DNA of 52,289 nt, taken from IMG/VR virus record IMGVR_UViG_3300044513_001811, positions 1-52,289 of that record. The stretch is one strand, 5' to 3'. The notes beneath the pieces were generated by a model. It saw only the letters and a list, made by a program, of their open reading frames with translations. It ran no database searches and was not told the DNA's origin. Of this stretch, positions 29,801 through 40,300 are shown piece after piece (position 1 is the first letter of the stretch; every line of letters starts with the position of its first letter). The position numbers and the translations under genes were made by a program. The stretch comes from a virus. Taxonomy: Duplodnaviria > Caudoviricetes.

Positions 29801-32368
29801 TGGATATCCACCAGAACTTCTATACTTAGTTACAAAATGAGAAATAGTATTTTCTGTAGCAATTTTTGCGGCGTTATCATTCTCATCCTTTAAGACTTCT
29901 CCAGACTTGAATTTGCCTGACAGAGTGCGAACCATGAGGATTCCAGAACTGCTGAAGGAAGATTGAGTAGATCCTTCTACAACTCCATATGCTCCACTTG
30001 TAGATCCAACAATATAATCCCCAGGACCAAATCCTGCAGTTGGTTGCGACTCTAGAATAATCTTCGTAAAGAACGATGGACCAAAGTAAGACAATCCGAA
30101 GATACTATTGTATGCTTTTTGACCATTGGATAGCGTACCTTTGGAAACAACAACATCAGTATCAGCGTTAAATCCAAAACCCTTTTTCTTTAAAGTAAAG
30201 TTACTTGGTTTTGTGGTTCCAATAAGAGGAGTTACTGATTCGTTATAATCAACAACATATCCAAGTTTTTCGACTGGTACAATAGTAGCAACAGTGATTT
30301 CAATGTCGTCAGTTGTATCAACTCCACCAATCGAACTACCAAGAATAGTAATTACTTCTGTTGGTGTGTATCCAGAACCACCATCAGCAATTGTTACGCT
30401 GCTGATAGCACCAGTGCCATCTCTTTCAATATTAAATTGGGCACCAACTCCGTTTGCGGAAGTAACACCAGTTACATTTGAATATGTTTGTGATGATTGA
30501 CCAGCAAGAATTGTTCCATTTGTTCTGGTAATTGTAGCAACTGGTCCCTGACCAGCTCCAGTAGTGGTTCCTAAGAAAAGATATCTTCTTTCTCCTTCAT
30601 CTTCTGCATCATATTCAATCAACGCATCTAGTTGAGCTTTGTTTCCTAGCAGTGTAATTTCAGCAAATCTTTTTGCTTGATCACCAGGGCTTGCATCTGG
30701 TCTATTTACAATACTGAATCCAATTACCTTAAATGAATTGTATGCTTCAGGAAGACCAGAGGCTCTTGTAGAAACTGCATAGAGATTTCCATTTGAATCA
30801 CAGACATCAGTAAAAACAAGAGTTGATGCGGCGTTATTTGGTGGATTTAGTTTTGAAACTAGTGATTGCTGGCTAATTTCTACAGTTAAAGTTTTAATGG
30901 CATCAGAGTCTGTAAATAATTTTCCTCTGCGATCAATACTCGATACTCTTTCGTCAGAGTCTTCAGTAAATCTTTGTCCAGCAACAAAATCTAAATTTTG
31001 TCCTAGTAGAGCGTCATTGTAAACGTTATAAAGTTCTACATCTGGATATGATGTTAGATCAGATCCTTCGGCATTTAGTGGTGTTGAACCAGAAACGTTA
31101 CTTACAAAATAAGTGGGAAGACCTCTTGTTTTGATTGTTACATTATCAGTATCAAGAGTCTCTCTTGCCTTACTAATTTCAATTGATTTAGTTTCTTTAT
31201 TTACAATTTCATATCCTCTAATGTATGCTTTTCCAGGTCCAACATTAGCAATCATCTTTTCTGATGCTTCTTGCTCGCTCAGACCATTGTAATTTCCTTC
31301 AGAGTCTTCTGCATATACACCATTATTTCCTTCTTTTTGTGCATATTCTCTGACATCAACTGAGAAGTTATCTACAACATAGTCACCAGACTCATCATAA
31401 GTTCTTCTTGCTAATGTTTGCTCAAGAAGTGAGTAATCTGCCTGTACAACTTTCTTCTCAATAACTCCTCTTTTTACTCTGAGAAGTTGAATAAAGTTCT
31501 TGTCAGTTTGTGTAGTTAGACTATATTTTTGTAGCGAAAGAGAAATCTTAAGTCTGTGAGCTCCAGGGGCAGAATAGTTGGAAGAACCAATCGCATTATC
31601 GTAAAGCGACTCGTCTTCTTCTGGAGTTACAATATCTTCTGTAACCAGAAATCCAATTTTTGCACTTGGAGCATTGTAATAAGGATCAATAACTAGTAAT
31701 TGCTCATCATTACGGACAAAATATCCATTAACAAAGTAAATACCTTCTTCTACTTTTACAGCAGAAGAGAAGCCCATTGCGGGACTTACAATAGATGACT
31801 CTGCACCAGTATCTGGATCAACTACTGTAACAGCAGTTGGAAGAACTGAACCATCAGTTCCAACTACCATCAATGGTGTATTAATTCCATCAATTACCTC
31901 TAGAGTTTCGCCTTGTCTAAAAGTATTCTCATTGTTAGCATTTCCACTCGTTGTATAAACAACAAAAAGTGTATCGGCATTTGTCTCTGTTGCGTTCTTA
32001 GAAGAGACAACATTACCAATAACACCAGAGGTTAGACCTCTTAACTGTCTGCCATGTAGTTGTGAAATGTCATACTTTCTGTATACGATATTTCCCAATC
32101 CATCATTTACCGCTACCTCGGAAACAGATGATAACTTAACGTAGTCTAACTTATTGTTTAGTCCTACTTCACCAGGAATTACTAACTCTCCTTGCTTAAA
32201 CGAGTACTTACCAAAACTCTCAATCTGATTCTGTAGAATAGACTGTAGTTGTGTTAATTCTCTTCCTTGAATTGAGTACCCAGGACGGAATAAAACTTTA
32301 TAAAAATTCTTATTCGCGTCAAAGTCCTCGTAATAAGGATTTACATTAAGGTTCGTCTTCTGAGGCAT
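23900..32368 (-). CDS. vrlC: VrlC-like (DUF4815) giant virion structural protein, 2822 aa
   Basis: MPQKTNLNV.PYY.DFD...FY.VLFRPG..IQ.RELTQLQSILQ, APGAHR, LARRTYDESGDY, RRYTMKDIGKLEKRI and NPLAQTF. Confidence 0.88.
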   Translation of the reverse strand: MPQKTNLNVNPYYEDFDANKNFYKVLFRPGYSIQGRELTQLQSILQNQIESFGKYSFKQGELVIPGEVGLNNKLDYVKLSSVSEVAVNDGLGNIVYRKYDISQLHGRQLRGLTSGVIGNVVSSKNATETNADTLFVVYTTSGNANNENTFRQGETLEVIDGINTPLMVVGTDGSVLPTAVTVVDPDTGAESSIVSPAMGFSSAVKVEEGIYFVNGYFVRNDEQLLVIDPYYNAPSAKIGFLVTEDIVTPEEDESLYDNAIGSSNYSAPGAHRLKISLSLQKYSLTTQTDKNFIQLLRVKRGVIEKKVVQADYSLLEQTLARRTYDESGDYVVDNFSVDVREYAQKEGNNGVYAEDSEGNYNGLSEQEASEKMIANVGPGKAYIRGYEIVNKETKSIEISKARETLDTDNVTIKTRGLPTYFVSNVSGSTPLNAEGSDLTSYPDVELYNVYNDALLGQNLDFVAGQRFTEDSDERVSSIDRRGKLFTDSDAIKTLTVEISQQSLVSKLNPPNNAASTLVFTDVCDSNGNLYAVSTRASGLPEAYNSFKVIGFSIVNRPDASPGDQAKRFAEITLLGNKAQLDALIEYDAEDEGERRYLFLGTTTGAGQGPVATITRTNGTILAGQSSQTYSNVTGVTSANGVGAQFNIERDGTGAISSVTIADGGSGYTPTEVITILGSSIGGVDTTDDIEITVATIVPVEKLGYVVDYNESVTPLIGTTKPSNFTLKKKGFGFNADTDVVVSKGTLSNGQKAYNSIFGLSYFGPSFFTKIILESQPTAGFGPGDYIVGSTSGAYGVVEGSTQSSFSSSGILMVRTLSGKFKSGEVLKDENDNAAKIATENTISHFVTKYRSSGGYPQGTDITINGQKFDTSKITVTTDTGGIGYVTYVEIRDRAAFTQTYSQPPVVTVTAGLSNIALAARVDAVLFRDTVVTYSPQDVKSFGSAFGSLGVNKFTADVESNDTQYVNLVSVTEFTFSGKKGFKFLECNGFGGDATQFLKQGDYVQYTGTDGLSVRALVQYATKPEGTIKSRIYLDKAIPEEVVNGNIVKIVPKVDNFAQGTLIYPTGSGQVSAISRGSEDSKIKYYYRRDFVTTSTTSGNFITFTAQLPFGTQRFVTFDESNFIMTVLNPGDATNVKTGDVIYLTSENISTTNTTDQASGLNAGSVVITLPTSVFNSSTNFPKLKLSATLELTKARPRIKTAVKNKRILIKSFGDRIVPLRGENYDDESTVISSYADAFRVRYVYEGTSVAPPDVDTAGNLVGNGSDITERFTFDDGQRDTFYDVSRLVLKPGYPAPTGQLVVAFDYFEHSQGDFCTVDSYSHEAGVTLEEIPSFNSAVHGIVSLKNVLDFRPKVDASSFVTGFANVSSRQQPTTVFSGEGGVVSVTPSPDSNLEFTFSFSQSEFLNRIDGIFLNKKGQFVLKEGNSSQNPTRPEPLDDAIALYYIYVPAFTTTSKDVRITPVDNRRYTMKDIGKLEKRIERLEYYTTLSILEQQALGMQIRDEIGFDRFKTGFIVDNFETHLVGDISSADYLCAIDTQQSVLRCQTNEESFSLKEVNTRNDQRVIDGYQKTGDIVTLPYTTLPLLGNSFATKTINPNPFVALQYVGEGQLTPRIDPWYDKTVEPLIVDNNTQLYSIFISKNEIRDSFSSIFNSFIINWIGSKDASGEITSFGTTNSDSANSKVKSASVASSSNVSPQNNEIGKGLSTDSSDKGTVATSLRFFARSIAVKYVLRRLKPSTKLYPFLEGKDVSRWVNPDNRFTGIAGNSLSGFNGPIITDENGNASGLILIPGGYAPIQNATWTGNPETIEYDTTSEQVRVTTGIKTFRFTSSASNAAKEEIDTYAEVKYYAIGRLPENPATINSTSPSIFKANEGVQIIDSVTDVEARPNPLAQTFKIENYEGGCFATSVNLFFNKKSTNIPIRVYVTNTESDKPGKYIVPGTEVSLSPNTRIRVFTSGTLTVTVGETITGSRSNCSGPLLKVLDRNGNELTASSTGIVTLTNDQVYTFVLSNHNGKSFVQNEGLIIGSLTTYNSLNNTDLSVTIAKDSGKVSELLVKQTGSNYESAILSIESPQLPGGSVANGSVNISGGEIYNCDVTLFGSEYTAPPSIVVKGIGNGAAGAVIEAKVTIDTPAVRMGVAVDPAGVTQSITPTTFAFDYPVYLQNNSQYALVVETDSTEYALWTSRLGEIEIATSTPVTTQPLLGSVFRSQNVDTWTEDLFEDIKFTINRAEFDISRVGSLKVENESLGYQRLGVNPIQTDGTSNAGATSDLFRNNNKILRINHPNHGFEDRGNSYVFLRNAETVAGVTNTQLNTTLFRVKSAGVDYYHIENATVAANTLRGGGSSILVAHNKKYERMYPQVNYLTFSATKVETSVKSTNIVPVDSTTTNYVSYSQTGYEKTFLNEIHYFNNQKVLCSKINQTANNLDRSFELDIKLSSTVSYLSPVIDLSSASVKFACNRIEKSKGKEDRYGRRDQILKFKDVYYFALANLPVGEDIDADNNQAIEGYISKAKGTIIRKTVVGGTTNIWVKVSTTNGFQKNEGIIFGGTNSGASWDPTANQGAGGGVAVGSDPTREIFSVSVADTIVARNPSILSTTFDNKIDGKVQFFDSQNQIITLKNDKKPHGNLGYTESLLESSSSGNARSGEGVPDIFRVGDIIAYPDQPTETVGYWEIKEIEYTNGVEYRSENTFSDSSSIAKYVSKEISIGNPGTSIDVRLTVNVKNIDDVQVLYRYKKSSSQEAFDNIEWEYFNETGLPDIAEFPTSENSISGIVEKQSSYQELKYSVSNLPEFSSFGIKIVMRSVDPVYVPKIQDLRAVASY

Positions 32369-32402
32369 CGTACTCCGCCAAATACTAGTATCTAGTCTCT
32401 AG

Positions 32403-32409
32403 TATTTAG
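32403..32409 (-). promoter_or_regulatory. Late promoter CTAAATA for the VrlC-like gene
   Basis: tatttag just downstream of the g8 terminator and about 35 nt before the ATG; GGAG Shine-Dalgarno present. Confidence 0.7.
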
Positions 32410-32416
32410 TAGAGAT

Positions 32417-32447
32417 AAAAAAAATCCCCCGATCTCTCGGGGGATTT
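32417..32447 (-). terminator. Rho-independent terminator after g8
   Basis: AAATCCCCCGA-GAGA-TCGGGGGATTT stem with a GNRA loop, followed by a T8 tract on the minus strand. Confidence 0.88.
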
Positions 32448-32465
32448 CGGAATATCAATTGAAGA

Positions 32466-34265
32466 TCAGAATTCGATTACGAGTTTAATATCTTCAATCT
32501 GGTCAGGTGCGCGGGTAATTAGTCTTCTGTTCTCAACGTAAATGATATCTCCAGAGTTATTATCAATCTCAGGAGCAGCATAACCACTGGAGAGAGTGAT
32601 TCCCTCTACGTTTCCATTTACTGTGTTATCTGGATCTCCTGAAGCGGCAGATTGTGCGCCATCAATCGACTTTGCGGGGTCGTTTTGGAAAGCATATACT
32701 TTACCATCGGTGTGTAGATGCTGGGCAGGTGATTGATAATACTTTAGGATACCATCTGTTGTTGAAGAAGGATCTAGTGTCCAAGAAACAACAGTACCAT
32801 AAGCTTTTAATCCACCACCCAAATCTTGCTCGATTACTTCGTCTGCAATGTAATCAGTACCACCAGTTCCAGTGATCTTCATTGCATAAAGACCAGATAG
32901 TGTATTATCAGCAGCAACTGCTAGAGATTGTGAATTAATTGGATCTTTGATGATTCCGATTCTGCGGAAATCGTTATCAACTGGGAAGTCTCCACCACCT
33001 TCAGAGTATGTTAGACGAATGTTCGTCATAACTCTCTTAGCGTTAAGTTCTAGTTCGAAATCAGAACCATGACCACCCTTTGGTGAAATGATTGGTTCAA
33101 CTGCAGCAATTGCACCGATAGAAGAGACTGGACTTGTTAAACCTTGATCGCTGAAGAGGTTTCCATCTCCAACAGCAATTGATGCATAGGTATAACCACT
33201 TCCAACCGCCACAACACTAACAGTTGCTGGATCAATTGCTCCACCTAGAGTTGTAGTAAACTCAACAACTCCACCAGCTCCATCTCCACGGATTGCAGTG
33301 TAAAGAGTTTGAGAAGCAGGAATTCCCGAACCAATATCCTTAACTAGAGCGACATGAACTGCACCATCTACAGCAGCGGTTTCAGTTGCAATTCTGGTTG
33401 CGTTTGTTGGGAGGACTACTGGTAAGAAGTCTGACGATAGGAAGCGTAGTACATCATCAGTTGGAAGAGTGTACATATACTTCCAAACGTATCCAGCACC
33501 AGCAGACTCAGTGAAGATTCCGTTGCTGTAATTTCCTGAAGAAGTTGTTGGTTCTTGTGTCGCGTTTTGACCAGCGGGATTGGATGGATTTTCACCATTG
33601 TAAAGACACTTGAAAACTTCATATGAGGAGTTCATAACATAGAACTTAGCATCAGCAATGCTAGTAGCTCCAGTAGCAGAATCTTTACCAATTTGTCCAC
33701 CACCAGCGGGAGTTGCTGAGTAGTCTGGTTTCCACATGTCAAACTTGGGGTTTGCACTCAAATCCCAATTGTAACGACGAATAACAGCACGTGCAAATTC
33801 GTCAGTAATTCTCTTTGCGGCGATGATATCGTCGTAGATATCATACTTCTCTTCTTGGTTATCTAGTGGGAGTGGTGGGTCGTTTTCTGTTCCGTAACGA
33901 TAAACACCAGACTTAGCAGTAACTCCAGTATCGGCGGCACCATCATACTCTTTTAGAGTTGTTCCTAGAGCACCAGGAGTTGAATTAACGCCAGCAGAAC
34001 CAAAAACACCAGTTAAGAGCAAAGCGTCGGAATAGACTGCAGAGATCGTTGCTCTAAAGGTGGCGGTGCCGTAGTTAGCGCCAACGTAAACTTCGTTACC
34101 CACCGCGAAGGTTCCACCAGCAACCGAGTAAGTTTCTAGGTATCCTGCCCAAGGTTGTGGACGACCCACAAAGAAGTACATGTTCGTACTTGGAGTTTCA
34201 GTCAGCGACTCAAGAAATTGCTTCGCATTAAAAATTCTAAATTTATCAGAGATAATAGCAGCCAT
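32466..34265 (-). CDS. g8: Baseplate wedge subunit (T4 gp8-like)
   Basis: MAAIISDKFRI.NA..F, FYVMNS.Y.V.KCL.NG, GYVWKYMY, SPKGGHG and IIYVENR..I.RA.DQ.EDIKLVIEF. Confidence 0.93.
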   Translation of the reverse strand: MAAIISDKFRIFNAKQFLESLTETPSTNMYFFVGRPQPWAGYLETYSVAGGTFAVGNEVYVGANYGTATFRATISAVYSDALLLTGVFGSAGVNSTPGALGTTLKEYDGAADTGVTAKSGVYRYGTENDPPLPLDNQEEKYDIYDDIIAAKRITDEFARAVIRRYNWDLSANPKFDMWKPDYSATPAGGGQIGKDSATGATSIADAKFYVMNSSYEVFKCLYNGENPSNPAGQNATQEPTTSSGNYSNGIFTESAGAGYVWKYMYTLPTDDVLRFLSSDFLPVVLPTNATRIATETAAVDGAVHVALVKDIGSGIPASQTLYTAIRGDGAGGVVEFTTTLGGAIDPATVSVVAVGSGYTYASIAVGDGNLFSDQGLTSPVSSIGAIAAVEPIISPKGGHGSDFELELNAKRVMTNIRLTYSEGGGDFPVDNDFRRIGIIKDPINSQSLAVAADNTLSGLYAMKITGTGGTDYIADEVIEQDLGGGLKAYGTVVSWTLDPSSTTDGILKYYQSPAQHLHTDGKVYAFQNDPAKSIDGAQSAASGDPDNTVNGNVEGITLSSGYAAPEIDNNSGDIIYVENRRLITRAPDQIEDIKLVIEF

Positions 34266-34301
34266 TGGTTTTCCGTTCCGACGTAGTGTTTGTGCCTGAG
34301 T

Positions 34302-34326
34302 TATTTATATTTATGCAGTTATTTAG
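34302..34326 (-). promoter_or_regulatory. Three clustered late promoter boxes upstream of g8, including a perfect TATAAATA (34302-34309)
   Basis: + strand tatttata (34302), tatttat (34308) and tatttag (34320). Confidence 0.8.
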
Positions 34327-37300
34327 GAAATTGTATGTGGTACTAGTTCATCAGAGGCACTGATGGTATTTGGACCACTATACAATGTACATCCTTCAAA
34401 TGTAGATGCTGTTTTGCTTGTGTATTGAATAACAGAACCAGATGATGTAAACAAGTATCCAGACTCTGGGAAATATGTTGTATCTTGTACAACAATTGGT
34501 CCGCCAATAGTTCCAGAAGAAGAACTAATGGTAACTGGATTCTGAATTGATGGATTGCCTAAGTTCCAATATTGACCAGATAATGTATAGTTAGAACTTG
34601 CCCTCTTAATGAGATCATTAATTGTGAAAGCACCAAAATATCTATCAAATTGCTCAATTGTCCAATTAGATACTTCAGCGGTGCCATCATCATATCCAAC
34701 TGTAGTCCAGTTTCCAATATTAGATCCAAGATTTCCAATCTGATATTCACCCTGATATTGAACCAAACCTTCATTCTGGTTAATTATATCAATGATTGTG
34801 CCAGTTCTTTGTGTTACTGTCTTATCAGTCAAGGTAACAAAACCATTATTTCTAGTTTCAATTGGGTTTGTAAATAGTACTTCTTCCTGGTAATAATCAA
34901 TAACTCCAGATGGAGGAGTGAAGATAAGAATACCAACGCTGTCTCTTCTTACAGAATAATCAAATACTACATTAATCTGATCTTCTTGTCTAATGATAGT
35001 TTCATTATATGAAATGACTATTGGATCTACTCCAACAACGCCAGATTCAATTTTTCTATCTCTAATAAACAGTAAGTTTGAAATAGAATCAATTGATGTC
35101 TCTAGGTTCAGAACTGTGGTGACTTCTCTAGATGAACTCTCAAAAGTTACAACCTGAGATTCTAGTTCATATGATCTTTGTTTTTCTACAAAAATAGAAG
35201 TAGTTTCTACAGAACTGATACTATTAATAACGTTGATTCCACCAGAAGCAACGGAAACGTAATCTGGTATTTGGCGTAGGAATGTTCCTGCAGCCCAGAA
35301 TTGCTCAGATGTATTGTCGGCACCTCTTTCACAGAAAACAAAACGATCATCCAACTTACGTGGATAATAGACTACCTCATCTCCAATAAGGAGTTTTCCA
35401 TTAGATGAGAATTTAGATGTATCTGCAATGTAAACAATACTGCTACCAACATTAAGATCAATCTGCAAGAATGCACCAGGATCATTAAATACTCTACTTT
35501 CGAGGATACTATTATCAAGTTCTCTAGTAAGAGTAGTAGTAATATTTCTTGATGTAATCAAACGAGAAGAAGATAGTACATTTGGAGCAGAGGTAGGAAT
35601 AATCGTGGTGATTTGATTATCAACAGACTCATCAGCATCTGCCTGACCAGCAACAACTGGAATAACGCGATCTGTAGATCTTACACGAATTTGAATTCCT
35701 GGTTGATCTGCTCCAATAGGCATATCAACATCTTCTTTCTCTGGCCAAATGTGGTTTTCAATGTCATCTTGAATATCAACTACGGAATCGAGAACAACGG
35801 CACTGAGTAAAGCGAAACCTGGAGGTGGTAGAGTAATAGGTGTTATACTAGAAATAACCGTCATTCCACCTTGCTGAATGACACCATTGACACCAACTCT
35901 AACAACTACAGTCTCAATATCATTCTGTCTGCATATCTTATATGATCTGGTGACAACGACTTTTGGTTCGGTGGTATATCCACTGCCACCATTTAGAAGA
36001 TCAACAGAAATTACCTGACCATTTTTTACAATTACTTGAGCACTGGCTCCACCACCATTTCCATCTTTTGGTACAAATTCTAATCTTGGTGCAGTATAAT
36101 ATTGGTAAGCAGTTGGTTGAGATACCTTTGGTTTATTTGGATCACTGAAGTCAACGATCTTTTGATTCCAAATCAGATCTACAACAATACCATTTTCAAT
36201 CACGGCAACAACACTGAGACCTTCTCCTCTAGTAATACCATTGTATGGTGTTACAGTATAAGTTCCGTAATGATCACTGGTAACGTCAAAATTAGTTCTA
36301 TATTCTTTTGCAAAGATAGATTCTGGTACTTTTTTAATACTTCTAAAATCACTTTCTCCATCAATCTTTACTTTGTCACCAGGAGCAATCTTAAAGAATC
36401 CTTTTTTCTTGAAAGAATCTCTCGTTCTTCCAGAATCTCCGTTATACCATGTTTGAGTCTCTCTCGACAATGTAATTGTACCAACGGAATCCACATTGTT
36501 TGTAGTTAACGTGGTAGTGTTTGCGGAAGTATCGATTGTAAATCTTGGACCATTTGGATCGTTGATAACTCTAACAATAATATTACCAGACTCTAGAATA
36601 TTATTATTAGATCTTAATTGAATATAGAAGTTTCCAGAATTGTGCCAGTAATTTGTTAGTTTTCCAATAGGATTCTCGGATCCATCATTTCTTAGTTGAT
36701 AGACATACACATTACTGTAATCAGAAACAACGTTTTTCGCTGTGTTCCACCATACATTAAGTCCATTGTAAACAGATCTGCTTGCATCTTGTATTTCAAG
36801 AGTCTTTTGAATTAAGTAACTTCCAGGTTCATGATCATAGAAAGTTACAATCTTTTCGTATTCCTTACCATAAAGAAGTCTCATGTCAACAACATCTTCT
36901 TTTCTGATTGGATACTTAAAGGAGATCGAAGGACCACTGATAGTATATGCAGATTCGTACTCTTGTATTACTCCATTAACAAGAACAACCAAGAATCTCT
37001 GGTCATCGATGCTCACTACTTTTCCATTCTCTACAGTTGTGATTAGGAATGGACCCTTCGAGGAAGAACCTTCATCAATAATTCTTGTCTTATCAATGGT
37101 ATATCTCTTATAAGATCCCAAATTATATGCAAAGAACTTTTCAACCGCAGTTGCTTCGCCAATAGTTAATGCGGAGAAATCTTGATCCCATAGTGGTGGA
37201 GAATCAAAGACAATCTGGTTTGGCGTCTTAGAACGATCGATATAATATGCATCAAATGCTGGATTATCTAACTCAAATTGATTCCTCTGTAAAACCCCAT

Positions 37301-40300
37301 TGAGAGCTACAAATAAATCATCTTCTGGACCATCTAGTAAAACATCTGATCCATCTTCCCAATACAAATCAAATATTCTTGTTTCACCATCAATATAATC
37401 TGGTGTTGTTTTTGTTATTACTACGCCATCAATAGTGTCATTGATCACATCATTTAGCGTAGCAACAGAAGAAATTACATCTTCACATTCTCCAGCAATT
37501 AGTTGAGTGTCTGGAATAAGATTATAATTTGTAATAGGAGATAGGAAAGTAAATCTTCCAGATCTGTTCAAGTTTAGACTTGTTGGTTGAATTACACTTG
37601 GTCCTGAATTGAAAATTGTTTCGATAATATCAAAATACGTTCCAAGTGTTGATTCTACATCTGCACATTCTGGACTATTCAAATCAATAATAATACTAGC
37701 ATCAACTACTGGAGCAATCGATGTATATGGATTGACAGCAACCAGAGTTTGTCTCATTGCTAGGACACACAATTCCTCTAAAACTTTTCTGTAAGTTTCT
37801 AAAGTTTCTGTAAGTTGATCATTGATGTATTGTAGTCTACTTCCAATGAAGTAAAGTTCAGCAAACTCAACAATATCCGCATTTCCACCAAATCTTAGGT
37901 GCTTAACAACAGCATCTAGTAGATATCCAATATCTCTTCTACACTTAGATTCTTTTGTTACCCAATTAATAGATGGATAAGTTGCTTGTGCCCAGTTAAC
38001 AGCATAATCAATAATGTAATTTCTATTGTTGTTAATTGTATTAGAAGCATCGTAGAAAGTGCCACTATTGATACCAGACATAATAAATGTAACTTGATTT
38101 GATGGAGACCCAGAATTAAATAATGGATCCGCAGACATTTCAATCTGTGTGTCTGATATGATACGCTCTACAGTGACTTCATTTGATAATGGAATGGATC
38201 TTCCAGAACTGATAACAGCACCAATTGGAACTCTGCTGGTGTCTGGAACTGTCAGTACATTGCTGCCAACAGAATATGAAGCATTGCTAGTTGTCCAATC
38301 CCAATTTAAAATCGCAAACTTAGATAATCTAATAGCATAGTCAAATGCTGATTTAATATAAGTTTCATAACCACTATAAGAAGATGCGTATGTCTTAGCA
38401 TAGTCTATCGCTTTGACATTACCGCCAAATCTGATGTCGTGCTCAATCGCATTCAAAATTAATCTGATGTCTTCTGTAAATCTTGGTTCTAAGATATTCC
38501 AAGGTAAAGTATTATTAGAAATTACTGAAGAATACTGATTTTCAAACCAACCAATAGTCTCAAGTACAATAAAATCTTCGTTGAATCTGATTTGATTTGC
38601 TGAATCTAACCATCTTCCACCTCTTTGGTAAATGTTCTTAACCTTTTTAAGAACATTTTGATTTTCTGTATTTGATCTAAAGGAGAATTGCTTACCTAAG
38701 AATTTTTGTTGTGGGACTAATTGACCCTCTACAGTCTTTTGACCAAGTGGAGGTGTAGCAAAAGTAATGTTGCTACCAGAAACCGTAAATGCAATTCCAG
38801 GTTCTTGGATTACACCATCAATTGTTACGATCAGTGCCTGCTCATTATATGGATACACAAGATCATTAGTCTCTGCATTTAATAAAGTAAATGTTCTTGT
38901 TCCGACTAACTGACCATTATTATTAAATTCTCCATCAAATGCTGCTCCTAGTTTGATATCAACTGAGATTAGATCATTGAAATTATATTCTTGTACGGAA
39001 ACAGAACCAGTACCCTCTTTACATCTGAAATCTTCTATCTTTTGCACCGACTGAGTAATTACTCTTCTTGTATTTTCTGATACAATAGAAGTGTTAGCAC
39101 CAAGTTCTAGAACAGTAAAGTGACTTGCTTTGGGAGATTCGATTGGCATTTTGGAATCTGCCACAGCATCAATAATAACCTCACCAAACAATTTCATTCC
39201 TGCTGGGTGAGTTGTGCTCTTAATCAAATCTCTCCAAACATTAATTGGAGTTCTTGACTTAATTACATATGAATAATCTTGATAGAAGAAGGAATCCGTA
39301 ATCCTTTGATTTGAGTTGCCGATTCTTCCTCTGTCAGAAGTATAATATCCTTGATTATCATATGCAGATTTAATTAGTGGGGTAAACTCAGTTACATAAA
39401 CGGCAACAATTTTTCCAGAATTACCAGTCTTGAAACTTTCAATATTGAAATTTTGTCTGAACGTTCCTTGAATTCTATTTACTTTTAGTAAGTTAGATCC
39501 TTCACGCCATCCATTAATGGTTACATAACCCCTTGCGGTTTCTACACCATTGATTCTTTGTACAACCAATTCACCTTGCTTAAATGCTTTCTCTGGATAT
39601 CCAGTCAAAGCAAAAGTGTATGGGGATGTGTAATCAGAGTACAGCGTTCTATCTTTATGGAAAGATCCACCGTTTCTTATAATAGAAACATTTTTTGGAA
39701 CTCCAATATCTTTTCCTTTTGCAAAAACAGAAATATCTGATTCTAGAATAGCAATAGTTGGTGCAGAAGTATAGCCCTTGCCCCTGTTCTTAATTCTAAC
39801 ATCTAGAACTTGACCATTTCTAACAATAGTTGTGAATTCTGCACCAGATCCATCACCATCAATAATTACAACTCTAGGATTTGAGTAATTTGATCCAACT
39901 TCATCAACTCTAACCGCAGTGATAGATTTTGTGTAATCATCAAATAAAACTGTTGCTTTGGCAAGATTTTCTGTAGATGGATATATTCCAGAAACGATAG
40001 GAGTTTTCTGGTAGTTGTCTCCAATATTTGTAATAGAAATTGCAGCGATTTCGCCAGTAGCAAAAGTCGAATCTGTTGTGTATGTAATAGAACCACTACC
40101 ATCCCACTGTGAGATTTTATTTAAAGAGTAACAGAATCTAGTTGGAGTTACATAATTAACAACCTTTCTTCCTGACAGTGGATCAGATATTACCTGTAAG
40201 TAAGATCCTTCCGATTCGCAAATTCCATTTCTATCGAAATAATAATAGTTACTAAACTCAGTGGAAGTTTTCTCGGTGTAGTTATTAGTAGCGTTTCTTA

